A stretch of 64,000 bases of DNA from a virus, in IMG/VR virus record IMGVR_UViG_3300031344_000086, positions 4,671 through 68,670 of that record; one strand, written 5' to 3'. The position numbers and the translations under genes were made by a program. Every line of letters begins with the position of its first letter. Positions within the stretch are counted from its first letter, which is position 1. The notes below the pieces were generated by a model. That model had not been told where the DNA came from and made no database searches. It saw only the letters and a program-made list of their open reading frames with translations. Shown one piece after another: positions 39,156-49,742 of this stretch.

Positions 39156-40049
39156 ATGTCATTATATAAACAAGCCCAATTCTTAGATGCAAACGATTTT
39201 GAGAACTTCGGAGACGAAGATGAGGTCGTTTTATACGAAGAAAAGCCTTCAATGGAAGATGTTGTTGAACTTCATCAACCAGATAATGCTATGGAAATTA
39301 CATTCAAGCTTCCACCGCTTCCAGGCTCAGATGCAGATATGCCGTTAGAGGTTTCAACGGAAGACCCAATTGAAGTTGAGAGCAAAGGTAAGGGAAAAGG
39401 TAAAAAAGATAAAAATGATTTACAAGGAGAGGAACTTGAGGTTCAAGATCCTTGGAAATCACCTGATCCAAAAAACATTTTAACTTGGGTTCATGATCGT
39501 CTACAAAATCTTCCTCGTCATACGGGTCAAGAAACAACTGGTATGGAACGAACAATTGCAGCAATGAAGCGTATTAATAACGAAATCTCCAAAGCTATTG
39601 CTAATGATTATAATGGCGAAGTTGATGTAGCTAAACTTGAACAAGCTCGTAGAGAGATTTTTGATGGTATTCATCGTCTTGAAGAAGCAGTAGAAAAGCT
39701 TGATAATGGATATAGAGGCAAAAAAGCAGACCTTGACGAAAACGGATTAGTCAAAGAAGCCAAACAAGACCGTATTGGTGGAATTATTATAACAGTTCCT
39801 ATTTTGATATCAAGAATTGCAAAAACACTTATAAATGGTATGGTATCAGGTGGGCATGATATTGAAAGATCTTTTGATGCACAGGTAAAAGAATGGAGTC
39901 TTGATAAACGAGAACAAGCTGAATTGATGGAGCTTCTCGAAAATATGGGGTACGCACAACCACGAAGAGATCGTGCATATCCGGCAGATCATCACATGGA
40001 ATATAAATCATCAGATAATTTTGACTTCGGATCTCAATACCCCGCATAG
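39156..40049 (+). CDS. hypothetical head-module protein
   Basis: GAGG RBS and late-type promoter; KQAQ, KKAD and KEAK motifs. Confidence 0.7.
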   Translation: MSLYKQAQFLDANDFENFGDEDEVVLYEEKPSMEDVVELHQPDNAMEITFKLPPLPGSDADMPLEVSTEDPIEVESKGKGKGKKDKNDLQGEELEVQDPWKSPDPKNILTWVHDRLQNLPRHTGQETTGMERTIAAMKRINNEISKAIANDYNGEVDVAKLEQARREIFDGIHRLEEAVEKLDNGYRGKKADLDENGLVKEAKQDRIGGIIITVPILISRIAKTLINGMVSGGHDIERSFDAQVKEWSLDKREQAELMELLENMGYAQPRRDRAYPADHHMEYKSSDNFDFGSQYPA

Positions 40050-40055
40050 GAATAT

Positions 40056-40655
40056 ATGTCAAATAAATACTTCACACGCAACTCATCAATCATATCACGC
40101 GATGAAAGTTCTTTTGATCGCGGAGATAAGACTCCGTCTTGGTTTAATGAATATGCTGCTATACTAGAAAAAGATTCTGCAAAATCAAAAAAACAAGACT
40201 ACTCCTTATTCGACCAAATAAATAGTATTCTTGGCAATAAGTCAAAATATTCAACAGTAGCAGAAGCAGTAGAAGATTTACAAAAACGCACAGGCTTGTA
40301 TGATATTTTACAGAAAAAACAAGCAAGTGATTTAAAACACGGCAATATACAATTATTCAAAGAGATTCCAGTTCTAAAAACATATATAGATAATTATATT
40401 GATGATCGCCCAGGAACTTCGGTTGAAGCAGTTATACATGATTTACTGAAAATAAAGACTATAAAAGATAAGCTTCCTCAGTCAGATGACGTTCCAATAG
40501 AAGTAAAACAATATATAAGTCATAAAATTGGTGAAGTTGGTGCATCAGTTCCTAAAAATGATAATGATAATCTTGAGTTAGGAAAAATAGATTTAAGTAA
40601 AGATGTTGCAGTTGTAGATGATCCACTTGGTATATGTATGCCTGGCGGCAAGTAA
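40056..40655 (+). CDS. hypothetical head-module protein
   Basis: Internal repeat (STVAEAVEDL / TSVEAVIHDL); KKQAS. Confidence 0.65.
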   Translation: MSNKYFTRNSSIISRDESSFDRGDKTPSWFNEYAAILEKDSAKSKKQDYSLFDQINSILGNKSKYSTVAEAVEDLQKRTGLYDILQKKQASDLKHGNIQLFKEIPVLKTYIDNYIDDRPGTSVEAVIHDLLKIKTIKDKLPQSDDVPIEVKQYISHKIGEVGASVPKNDNDNLELGKIDLSKDVAVVDDPLGICMPGGK

Positions 40656-40676
40656 TATTTTATATTGAAAGATTGA

Positions 40677-42941
40677 ATGTCGGAAGATTTATTATTAGAA
40701 AAAATAAAAGACAAATTATTAGATTTTGATCCAGTTCATTTTGTTGAAAAATACCTAACAATAGATGGTGACAGGTTTCATTTACAAAAAGGTGGATGGA
40801 AACCGTTTTCAGATATATACAGATATATTGGATTGAAAGCGGTTGAAAAAGACGGTAAGCCTGTGGTTATAGTTGCTGGGCGTCAAATTGGGAAAGATCT
40901 TGCGCTAGATACTCCTATACCTACACCGTTCGGGTGGAAAACTATGGAGGATCTTCAAATAGGAGATAAAGTTTTTGATGAAAACGGTAATACATGTAAT
41001 GTAATAGATGTATCACCGGTTTTTACAGATCATATATGTTATAAATTAACATTCGATGATGGCACTGAAATGATCGCTGGAGAAGATCATCAGTGGCTAA
41101 CATATACTAATAATCAACAGTCATCAGTAAAAACAACAAAAGAAATAAAAAACACATTAGAAACTGAACACCATATTGTTTCATTAAAAAATAATTTTTA
41201 TATACATAAAGTTGAATTAGTCCCAACAGTTCCAACAAAATGCATAATGGTTGACTCAGTATCACATTTATATTTAGCGTCTAAATCTTTTATTCCTACA
41301 CATAATACTAGTATGTGCGCAGCTCTTGAAATGTATTTTTGTGGATGTGGATTATATGGTAATGGGAAAAATCCACCCATACGAATGGTTCATGCGTTCC
41401 CTGAATCAGCTCTTGCAGCCTCATACTCAAAGGTAAAACTAAATGGAATGATTAGATCGTCAGTTGTTATTGATGATGGTAATGAAATAAAAGGTATAAA
41501 GAAAAAAGCATATATGCATTCATTATTAGATAATTCATCAGAAAGTAATGATACTCTTTCATTCAAGCAGTTTGTTGGTGGAAATCATTTATGGATTGAA
41601 AGCGTTGGAGTTGATGGAAATCGTTTAATGGGAAAAACAGCTGATATCATTTTCTATGATGAAGTTCAAAAAATGATGTCTATTGCAATAGGTAATTCAT
41701 CAAAAATACTTACACAGTCAAAATATGGTAAACAAGGTGAAGGTGTTCAAGTATACTTCGGTACACCGTTGCTGAGAGGGTCTACGTACTGGGATTTATG
41801 GAATGCATCATCACAGCAGTATTTTCATTTAGGGTGTGGTAAATGTAAAAAATATTTTCCATTATATACACCGGGAACTAATGACTGGGAAGATATATGG
41901 CTATACGGTTATACCGTACGATGTACACATTGCGGGTTTGAACAAGATAAAAGGGAAGCAACAGAAAACGGTAAATGGATTGGTTTAAAAGATCAACAGG
42001 AATCTAAATATATAGGTTTTCATATAAATCAATTATATATTCCAACATTTACAAAAGAAAAAATTATATCTGAAAAACCAGAAAATAATCCAATTAATTC
42101 AGAGAAGACGTATCAAACGCAAATTCTTGGAGAATTTTACCATGGTGAAGCGACTATAATAACAATGGATCAGGTTAGAGAATTATGTGGAGATCCTGGT
42201 AGAAAATTTAGAGGAAGCATATCACCAGATGAAGATCTTCCGGTATTTTTAGGAATTGATATTGGGGCTAAGAATGATTTAGCGCAATTAGTTGATTCAG
42301 ATAGGGTAAAGCCACAAGGTCAAAGTTATAGCACGGCAGTTGTTATTGCAATGACTGGACCACAAAGAATGTCTATAGAGTTTGCAACCGCATTTAAAAG
42401 AAACGATCTTGCCAGTAAAAAGGGGCTAATAGAAGAGATAATGAGAAAGTATTCCGTTAATTTAGCTGTATGTGATTTAGGGTATGCTAATGATCTAAAT
42501 GAAATTCTTCAAACTCAGTATGGAGAAAAGTTTCTTTCATCACAGGCTTCTAACAGAGTAAATGAGCATATAAAATTTAATTCAGATGTTTTCCCAAAAG
42601 TAATTACGTTTGAACGTGATTTTTGGATTGCAGATTTATATGAGCAAATGAAAAAAGGTAATATTAGAATCCCGATGGGAAGCTATGAACAAATAGCAAT
42701 GATGATTCAACATATATGTAGTATGGAAATAAAACCAAGTATAAGTCGCGCTGGTGATATAACACCACACTATATTAAAGGTAGTACCCCAAATGATTAT
42801 TTTATGGCAATACTTAATGCATATATAGCGTATAAATTTTATGTTAGCCAGGGATTTAAAATCAAAAATCCAGCACATATGCGTGATCCTGCAAAAGATA
42901 AACCTCCTGTATTAGTAGCATATCTGCCAAGAATGAAATGA
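40677..42941 (+). CDS. terminase large subunit (lambda GpA-like) containing an intein
   Basis: Spliced Walker A AGRQIGK/T, Walker B IIFYDE, GTP coupling motif, CxxC...CxxC, GFHINQLY, nuclease GIDIG; directly upstream of portal. Confidence 0.9.
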   Translation: MSEDLLLEKIKDKLLDFDPVHFVEKYLTIDGDRFHLQKGGWKPFSDIYRYIGLKAVEKDGKPVVIVAGRQIGKDLALDTPIPTPFGWKTMEDLQIGDKVFDENGNTCNVIDVSPVFTDHICYKLTFDDGTEMIAGEDHQWLTYTNNQQSSVKTTKEIKNTLETEHHIVSLKNNFYIHKVELVPTVPTKCIMVDSVSHLYLASKSFIPTHNTSMCAALEMYFCGCGLYGNGKNPPIRMVHAFPESALAASYSKVKLNGMIRSSVVIDDGNEIKGIKKKAYMHSLLDNSSESNDTLSFKQFVGGNHLWIESVGVDGNRLMGKTADIIFYDEVQKMMSIAIGNSSKILTQSKYGKQGEGVQVYFGTPLLRGSTYWDLWNASSQQYFHLGCGKCKKYFPLYTPGTNDWEDIWLYGYTVRCTHCGFEQDKREATENGKWIGLKDQQESKYIGFHINQLYIPTFTKEKIISEKPENNPINSEKTYQTQILGEFYHGEATIITMDQVRELCGDPGRKFRGSISPDEDLPVFLGIDIGAKNDLAQLVDSDRVKPQGQSYSTAVVIAMTGPQRMSIEFATAFKRNDLASKKGLIEEIMRKYSVNLAVCDLGYANDLNEILQTQYGEKFLSSQASNRVNEHIKFNSDVFPKVITFERDFWIADLYEQMKKGNIRIPMGSYEQIAMMIQHICSMEIKPSISRAGDITPHYIKGSTPNDYFMAILNAYIAYKFYVSQGFKIKNPAHMRDPAKDKPPVLVAYLPRMK
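40896..41306 (+). mobile_element. 137-aa mini-intein (class 3-like) in the terminase Walker A
   Basis: DLALDTPIPTPFGW (block A), DHQW (block B), KCIMVD (block F), IPTHN/T (block G); no homing endonuclease. Confidence 0.9.
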
Positions 42942-42989
42942 GATTGAATATATTGATGACTAATGATATAGTATATATCAAGGAAACTA

Positions 42990-44849
42990 ATGTCGAATAA
43001 TGGTAAATTTTTACAAAAACAAGGGTTGCCACCTATTGCCTCAAATGATATGTATAAAAACGTTTCTAAATATCGTCAGCAACAATTAACAAAAGAGGTG
43101 GAACGAGGATTATACAGAGATGGTTCTGGTAATGGTAAAAGCGAGTTAAGTCCTGCATCGTATGTTTCTACATTAAGTGGTAATTTAAAAAAGAGTGCAC
43201 AAGTATTGTCCAGTGGTCAGTCATCAGGTGCTAATTGGCGCGGAGGTAGCGGTGAGGCAACCAGGCAAGCACCAGCCGTATATAGTCCATTATGGTTGAA
43301 CTCAAATCTAAATCTCCCCCGCGACCGCGCAACAATCAATAGCTGGCTACGATCTTTTTACGCCCTAGCTCCATTCGTTCAAAATGCCATTAATCTTCAT
43401 TCTACCTATCCTATATCTAAATTAACAATTCGTTGTCCAAATCGTAAGGTTGAAAACTTCTTCAATACAATGATTGAAGATATTGATCTCATGAATATAT
43501 GTATACAGGTTGCTCAGGAATATTGGCTTCTTGGTGAAGCATTCGTGTATGGAGAGTTAGATCAAAATAATGCAGTGTGGAGCAGACTTGTAATTCAAAA
43601 TCCGGATTATATGGTGGTACAAAAATCAGTTATTGCAAGTGAGCCACTTATTATGATGCGTCCAGATGATAATCTTCGTAGACTTGTTTATTCTAATAAG
43701 CCTGCAGATATTGAACAAAAAAGCCAAGTAAATGAAACTATAATAGAGCACGTTAAACGTGGTGAAAACATACCATTAGAAAATCTATATATATCACACT
43801 TAGCAAGAAGAATAAGTCCATACGAGGTTCGTGGAACAGGTCTTCCAGTTAGTTGTTTTAGACAACTAATGTTATTCGATCAACTTCGCGAGGCTAAGTT
43901 TGCACAAGCACAAAATATGATTAATCCACTTACATTAATCAAAGTAGGGTCAGCAGATTATAAGCCACAACCAGCAGATCTTGATATATGGAGAAATGCT
44001 TTCGCAGAAGCTCAATATGATCAAGACTTCAAAATATTTACTCATGAAGCCGTGACGGTGGAACGTGTCGGATATAATTCTGCTATTATAGATATATCTG
44101 GAGACATAACTCAATTACTAAAAGAGATATTCATGGGACTTATGGTTCCACAAGTATTAATGGATGGTGGCGGAGATATAACTTATTCTAATGGTGGAGT
44201 ATCATTAGATGTTCTCCGTCAAAGATATATGGCATTCCGTAATATGATGAGCACTTGGTTAAAGAATAAGATATTCGCTCCAATATCAAAATTAAATGAG
44301 TTTTACGAATATGAAGATGGTGAGAAAAAACTAATTACTCCAACAGTAGAGTGGAGTCATATGAGTATATTCGATACTATGGATTATGTTCAGCAATTAG
44401 TTGCACTATCAACTGGTGATCAAAAACGAGTATCACAGCAAACGTTGTATCGATCATTAGGATTAGAGTATGATGAAGAGCGTCGCAAGATGAAGAAAGA
44501 GGATATCCAAGAAGCCGTGAGAAAGAAAGAGCTTCTTTCCTTGGAATCAATGGCATTGAATGAATTGAGAGCCCTTGATGAGGAGTCTGATATACCAGAA
44601 GTTGCTCCAGCAGCGTTGCCTGGTCAATCTCCTTATGCGGATGCGGCTGGGCAACAACCAGGTGCAGAAGCAGGCGGATCATCATTGCCTCCGCTTCCGG
44701 GTATGGGATCAGGTGGCGGTGGAGGAGGCGGAGCAATGCCACCTCCACCAACAGAAGGATTACCTCCACCTGCACCGTCTGGCGGAACTCCAGCACCGAC
44801 TGGAGGCGGTGGAGGAACAACCTCACCACCGTCAACTCCGCCAAAATAA
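42990..44849 (+). CDS. portal protein with Pro/Gly-rich C-tail
   Basis: Follows the terminase; YWLLGEAFVY, HLARRISPYEVRGTG, IFMGLMVP portal-like segments. Confidence 0.8.
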   Translation: MSNNGKFLQKQGLPPIASNDMYKNVSKYRQQQLTKEVERGLYRDGSGNGKSELSPASYVSTLSGNLKKSAQVLSSGQSSGANWRGGSGEATRQAPAVYSPLWLNSNLNLPRDRATINSWLRSFYALAPFVQNAINLHSTYPISKLTIRCPNRKVENFFNTMIEDIDLMNICIQVAQEYWLLGEAFVYGELDQNNAVWSRLVIQNPDYMVVQKSVIASEPLIMMRPDDNLRRLVYSNKPADIEQKSQVNETIIEHVKRGENIPLENLYISHLARRISPYEVRGTGLPVSCFRQLMLFDQLREAKFAQAQNMINPLTLIKVGSADYKPQPADLDIWRNAFAEAQYDQDFKIFTHEAVTVERVGYNSAIIDISGDITQLLKEIFMGLMVPQVLMDGGGDITYSNGGVSLDVLRQRYMAFRNMMSTWLKNKIFAPISKLNEFYEYEDGEKKLITPTVEWSHMSIFDTMDYVQQLVALSTGDQKRVSQQTLYRSLGLEYDEERRKMKKEDIQEAVRKKELLSLESMALNELRALDEESDIPEVAPAALPGQSPYADAAGQQPGAEAGGSSLPPLPGMGSGGGGGGGAMPPPPTEGLPPPAPSGGTPAPTGGGGGTTSPPSTPPK

Positions 44850-44915
44850 TCGTAATTTTGCTAAATATGTTCTCGGGACATGCCATCACCAGCAGGCAAA
44901 ATAGCTACATCCCCT

Positions 44916-44933
44916 AATAATCTCACATATTAT
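44916..44933 (+). promoter_or_regulatory. representative late promoter motif AWTAWT-N4-YATA(N3T)
   Basis: Also at 31801, 39115, 50125, 56304, 62065 and 63859, each in front of a head-module gene. Confidence 0.6.
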
Positions 44934-44956
44934 TGAACTATATCTAGGAGATATAA

Positions 44957-46171
44957 ATGGATAAGAACGCACAAGAACGTGGACTTTTAAATAAACTTCG
45001 TGAACATGCTAATATAACAAGCAAATTATTAGAAAGCATAAATCCCAAGTTTAAAAAAATGATGGATGATCTTCGAAAAACTGATGAGAAGATCCGTGGC
45101 TACTCCGAACAATCAAAAGATTTAATCAAATCAGCAAAATCATTAGTTAATCGCCGAGACTATCTTTCTGCTGCATCAACTATGTCTTCATTCCACGAGA
45201 AGTGTAGATATATTGCTGCCGAACTAGATAAGTTCATAAAAAATGTAGATATGGATAGTTTTTCCGTTCTACTAGATCAGTTTGATGATGAACAAAAAGA
45301 ACGCATATTCGGTTATGATCCAAATAAAGAATTAAATTTAAATGAAGTATCATTCGTAAATGATATGGAAGTAATGGCTTCGTTTAAAAAACAAGCAGGT
45401 CTTTCTGATTGGTGGCACAATCTTACTAATGAACGCGCGACGGCCATGCGTCAATTAGAAAAGCGATTTTCAATATCTTTCCTAAAAGACTTAAAAACTA
45501 ACTCAATAAATATTTTCAACGATAGTCAAAGATTTTTACAATTTTTGTTAGCAATATTTAAAAAATTAGCAACAGCATTAGCAAGAGGCAAACCAAGTAT
45601 ATATATAAGTGTTGCAAAAAGTTTTATGTCTAAGTTTGATCAATACCATAAATCATTCGTTAAGTTTTATGAAAAAAATATAATTCCATTAAAACAACAA
45701 CATGAAAAAATGGTTGCCGATAAAAAACAAGCAGAAGAACTAGATAGACAGAAATATAAAGATTTATTGAATCAGCCTGGTGCGATGAAACTTAATCCAC
45801 AAACAACACAAGCTCCAATGCAACAAGGACCTTCTGCTCAAATGGGACCAGATCAGCCAATAAATCTCACCAATATTGCTCCATCAACCAAACAAAAATC
45901 ATTAGATGTTCTTGATGAATTAAATAAACCAAAACCCGGCGAAGAGCCATACAATAATATTCAAGATAAAAATAAACAATTACCACAGATACTATCAAAA
46001 CAGTTCATTACCAAAATAGAAAAAATAGCATCAGATAATCACCCAAGATCGTTAATGCTTGCTATTTTGAAATATTCTGCTGAGCTTGAAGATATAAATC
46101 CAGAAGCAAGTCTAAAACTACTTGCTATTGCAGAAGGAATTAAAGAAGATATAAACTTCAATATAGAATAA
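44957..46171 (+). CDS. hypothetical internal head protein
   Basis: DKNAQ, KKQAG and EKIAS motifs; C-terminal helical module. Confidence 0.65.
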   Translation: MDKNAQERGLLNKLREHANITSKLLESINPKFKKMMDDLRKTDEKIRGYSEQSKDLIKSAKSLVNRRDYLSAASTMSSFHEKCRYIAAELDKFIKNVDMDSFSVLLDQFDDEQKERIFGYDPNKELNLNEVSFVNDMEVMASFKKQAGLSDWWHNLTNERATAMRQLEKRFSISFLKDLKTNSINIFNDSQRFLQFLLAIFKKLATALARGKPSIYISVAKSFMSKFDQYHKSFVKFYEKNIIPLKQQHEKMVADKKQAEELDRQKYKDLLNQPGAMKLNPQTTQAPMQQGPSAQMGPDQPINLTNIAPSTKQKSLDVLDELNKPKPGEEPYNNIQDKNKQLPQILSKQFITKIEKIASDNHPRSLMLAILKYSAELEDINPEASLKLLAIAEGIKEDINFNIE

Positions 46172-46172
46172 T

Positions 46173-47246
46173 ATGATATCATCATCTTTCTCCAATAAAC
46201 TTAATGACATTAGCCAAGAGCTTGGAATGAATCCGAGAGATCTTTTATTAGTAATGTATCTTGAGTCTGGGGCAAATCCTAATGCGGTGAATAAATCAAT
46301 TAAGGATCCAGAATATCAGGCAAGGGGGCTAATACAATTTATGCCAAAAACACTACAAGGTATGGGTCTGTCAAAAGAAGATTCATTAAATTTTGAAAAA
46401 CGTCCCGCTGAAGATCAATTAGATTTTGTTAAAAAATATGTTCAATCACATAGGGGGTTGGCTGGAGGTAAATCATTTACATCGGCAACACAATACTATG
46501 TTGCAAATGTATGGCCAATAGCATTAAAAAAATGGAACGGTGATGATCCAGTAAAAAATGCCAATGTTGTTGTTTTAGATAGTAAAAATCCTAAAGAGGC
46601 TGGGGCGTACAAAGCTAATCCGTTATTAGATTATAATAAAGATGGTAAGATCACCGTTGGTGATCTAACTAATGTATTAATGAGTATGGAAAAATCTTCT
46701 GGGTTCCAAAAAATGCTTTCTCAATTTAATAGAGTTGCCGGTAATGGAGATGTATCTGAAAAATCAAAAGGCGTTCCACAACCACCAACACAAATGTTAG
46801 CAGAAAAAAATATACCATTGATGAATCAAATAAATAGTTTCTTAGATAGTTTTGCTGGAAAACAAGATTCAGATATAACTAAATATAGTTCATACCTAAT
46901 ATCAATTAGTTCAGATAATGATTTTACTTCTAAATTAGAATATGCAAGAATACTATCATCAGCATTAAAAGAAGAGTTAAATATAAAATCTAATATATTT
47001 ACGAATGGTAAAGATGTTCAAATACAATGTAATTTAGATTTAGATAGTAAAAAAAGTGAATTAGTACTAAAAGAGTTGTGTTCAGCAATATCAGATGTGT
47101 TTTCATATGCAACTAAAAAAATAGGTAGTCTAAAAATAGATACAAAAATTATACAAAACGGCACTCCAACATATCAAGAATTAGATATAAAATTAGCGGA
47201 AATAAATTATAGGAAGTTTCATCTTAAATTCGCAATAGGGAAATAA
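46173..47246 (+). CDS. lytic transglycosylase (SLT/lysozyme-like) domain protein
   Basis: VMYLESGANPNAVN...ARGLIQFMPKT; EF-hand-like DYNKDGKITVGDL. Confidence 0.8.
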   Translation: MISSSFSNKLNDISQELGMNPRDLLLVMYLESGANPNAVNKSIKDPEYQARGLIQFMPKTLQGMGLSKEDSLNFEKRPAEDQLDFVKKYVQSHRGLAGGKSFTSATQYYVANVWPIALKKWNGDDPVKNANVVVLDSKNPKEAGAYKANPLLDYNKDGKITVGDLTNVLMSMEKSSGFQKMLSQFNRVAGNGDVSEKSKGVPQPPTQMLAEKNIPLMNQINSFLDSFAGKQDSDITKYSSYLISISSDNDFTSKLEYARILSSALKEELNIKSNIFTNGKDVQIQCNLDLDSKKSELVLKELCSAISDVFSYATKKIGSLKIDTKIIQNGTPTYQELDIKLAEINYRKFHLKFAIGK

Positions 47247-47647
47247 TGAGCGATACACAGCAAATCGAAAATCCATTCGAATCATATAATGTATTGAGTG
47301 GTGATTTAAGAAAGTTTTCCGATGAACTTCTTATTAAGTTTAAAGGAAAGGTATTAGAAATATATATTGGTGATCAAAGTGAGACAATAAATTATGATGA
47401 TTATTCAGTTCCAAAAAATTGTAGTATATTCGGAAAATTAATTGATGTATTAGATCGGTTCGTTATTTTTGATTGTTATTATATTGATCCAAAAACAAAA
47501 ACATTAAGATCAGAAAATTATGTATATATAAATCTTTTTCAAATTAGGGCAATGACAGAAGTAAATGGCAAAGGTTCGCTTGGAGATATCTTTTTGAGCG
47601 TTGATGACTCAAAGGCAATAAGAAAACTAATTTTAGCGAGCCAATAA
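47246..47647 (+). CDS. hypothetical protein
   Basis: Operon-coupled beta-rich 133-aa ORF. Confidence 0.65.
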   Translation: MSDTQQIENPFESYNVLSGDLRKFSDELLIKFKGKVLEIYIGDQSETINYDDYSVPKNCSIFGKLIDVLDRFVIFDCYYIDPKTKTLRSENYVYINLFQIRAMTEVNGKGSLGDIFLSVDDSKAIRKLILASQ

Positions 47648-48345
47648 TGTCAATTACTAATGTATCCAAAATTGCTATATATGCACAAGAGTTTGAGGGC
47701 TTTTGTAATGATACATTAGTCAAAGTTGCTTACATTAAAAAAAGAGACGGTAAGTGGGTGATACTATCAGAAAAAGGTAAAGTATTGGGGACATATGATA
47801 CAAAAGTAGAAGCCGTTGAGAGATTGCGTCAAATTGAGTATTTTAAGAACCATAAGAAAAAGAAAGCCTCAAAAGAAGACAGCTACTCAAGTATTATGAG
47901 AGATTTACGAAAATCTTCAGATGAAGATACAATAAAATGTTTTCAGGAGGAATTTAAGAAAGCGTTTGATCAAGCAGTCATAGATGGCGATGAAGAACCA
48001 GAAAAAATTGCATTAGAAAAAGCAAAAGAAAATATAAGAGATGAAAGTGAGTTGATGGAGAAAGCTGCGTCCGCAATTAACCTTGGTGATGCTGAAACTG
48101 CTGGAAAATATCTTGCTGATTTATTAAAGTTTGTTTTAAGGCGTATATCAGAAAACAAGCGACCGCGTGCTATTGAAGGGCTAAAAAGAAAAGTATATTA
48201 TATAAATGAATATCAAATTGCGGGAAAAAAAGTCCCAGCATCATCAGCAATTGGTCAGAGCATATCATTATTAAAAAACATATTATTAGAACACGAACCC
48301 CAATATATTAGAGGTGTTTTAAATTCAATAGTAAAGAATCTATGA
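47647..48345 (+). CDS. hypothetical head-module protein
   Basis: Leader ending LVKVA, then a small KWVILSEKGKVLGTYDTK.EAVERLRQIEYFK domain. Confidence 0.65.
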   Translation: MSITNVSKIAIYAQEFEGFCNDTLVKVAYIKKRDGKWVILSEKGKVLGTYDTKVEAVERLRQIEYFKNHKKKKASKEDSYSSIMRDLRKSSDEDTIKCFQEEFKKAFDQAVIDGDEEPEKIALEKAKENIRDESELMEKAASAINLGDAETAGKYLADLLKFVLRRISENKRPRAIEGLKRKVYYINEYQIAGKKVPASSAIGQSISLLKNILLEHEPQYIRGVLNSIVKNL

Positions 48346-49109
48346 TATCTAATTTTAGAAAAGTAGATACTAATTTATATGCCGGTGCCGCCCCGTCAAT
48401 AAAAGATGTGGCATGGCTCAAACATAAATATGGAATAACTAAAATTGTTTCATTAGATGAAAATGCTGGGAAAAAAATTGATAGAGCAACCAAATTGCTT
48501 GGTATTAAGCATATTATGCTACCAATAGATATTGGTAAGAAATCATCATTAATGAGATTCTTACATCATAATATAATAAAACTATTAGATGGTGAAAAAA
48601 CTTATATCCATTGTCAATGGGGGCGCGACAGAACAGGTCTTGCAATTGCTATGTATCGTTGTGAACATGACGGTTGGTCTTGTGGTAAAGCATTGAAAGA
48701 AGCGAAAAAATATGGGTTTGGCATTGGTGTTGATCCAAAAGTAGTTCATTTATATAAAAAATTAATAGCGCAGTCATGTGGGTGTAAAGATAAAGATATA
48801 AACTCGGCATATGATATTGTTAGTAATGAAAGAGAATATCCAACAAACTATAATGATTACTCATTAGATGTTTGGCAACAAGGTAGCTGGAGCCCATATG
48901 AAGATTACCGTGTTCGAGAGTTTCCTTATGCTGATACATATCCTGATGCTGGCACTCAATATCCATCACGAATAGATCGTGGATTAGATGATAGCGATGC
49001 ATTAAATGTAGAAAATATTGATGTCCCCCAGGTTGGTCAGTTCGACCAGAATACGCAGGGTATATCAGGTGCCGGTCCAAGTATGATTGGATCTGGCACT
49101 ATTATTTAG
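48342..49109 (+). CDS. Cys-dependent protein-tyrosine/dual-specificity phosphatase
   Basis: HCQWGRDRTG (CX5R) active site; NFRKVD..LYAG start; acidic Tyr-rich tail. Confidence 0.88.
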   Translation: MISNFRKVDTNLYAGAAPSIKDVAWLKHKYGITKIVSLDENAGKKIDRATKLLGIKHIMLPIDIGKKSSLMRFLHHNIIKLLDGEKTYIHCQWGRDRTGLAIAMYRCEHDGWSCGKALKEAKKYGFGIGVDPKVVHLYKKLIAQSCGCKDKDINSAYDIVSNEREYPTNYNDYSLDVWQQGSWSPYEDYRVREFPYADTYPDAGTQYPSRIDRGLDDSDALNVENIDVPQVGQFDQNTQGISGAGPSMIGSGTII

Positions 49110-49119
49110 GTATAAAATT

Positions 49120-49740
49120 ATGGTGAATAAGCGCAAAATATATGCAGTTGATCTAACTTATGAGGTACCAAATGCCGAAAAAGACAAGGCTACTAAAATA
49201 GTTATGCATTTAGATCATCTATTAAAAATGCTTAAAGCATGCGAAGAACATCTCAATTTAATATATACTCCATTTAAAGATAATCAAAGCATATCAACTG
49301 AACAAATATTTTCCGCAAGAGCCGCATTGAGACGATATAGAGATAAGGCTGTTAGTAATTTTAATGATTTTAAACGACAAGCATTTAAGTGTTTCGTTCT
49401 TATGCAGCCGTTTTCATTCGACTCTCAAATGGTAAAATTAAGTAAATCATTCGTTCTTGCAATATCAGATATAGAAAAACAAGTAAACAGGTTTGCCGAT
49501 GTATTTTCTAATTTAGAATCCAAAGATTTTGGATCAACAATAGTAAAATCAATAGATAATATAAAAAAAGAATTAGCGCAAATAAATCAAATTATTGAAG
49601 ATAGAATGAAAGATCATATACAAAATAATATATTGGCAAGAAGTTGGGTAGATACGGTTAGTGATGAATTACAGGAAAAAGTAGAAAAAAGAATACCGCT
49701 ATCAGTTCAACTGGTAGAACAAAGAAATAAAGGTAAATAA
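49120..49740 (+). CDS. hypothetical helical protein
   Basis: Operon-coupled; start at MVNKRK. Confidence 0.65.
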   Translation: MVNKRKIYAVDLTYEVPNAEKDKATKIVMHLDHLLKMLKACEEHLNLIYTPFKDNQSISTEQIFSARAALRRYRDKAVSNFNDFKRQAFKCFVLMQPFSFDSQMVKLSKSFVLAISDIEKQVNRFADVFSNLESKDFGSTIVKSIDNIKKELAQINQIIEDRMKDHIQNNILARSWVDTVSDELQEKVEKRIPLSVQLVEQRNKGK

Positions 49741-49742
49741 TA

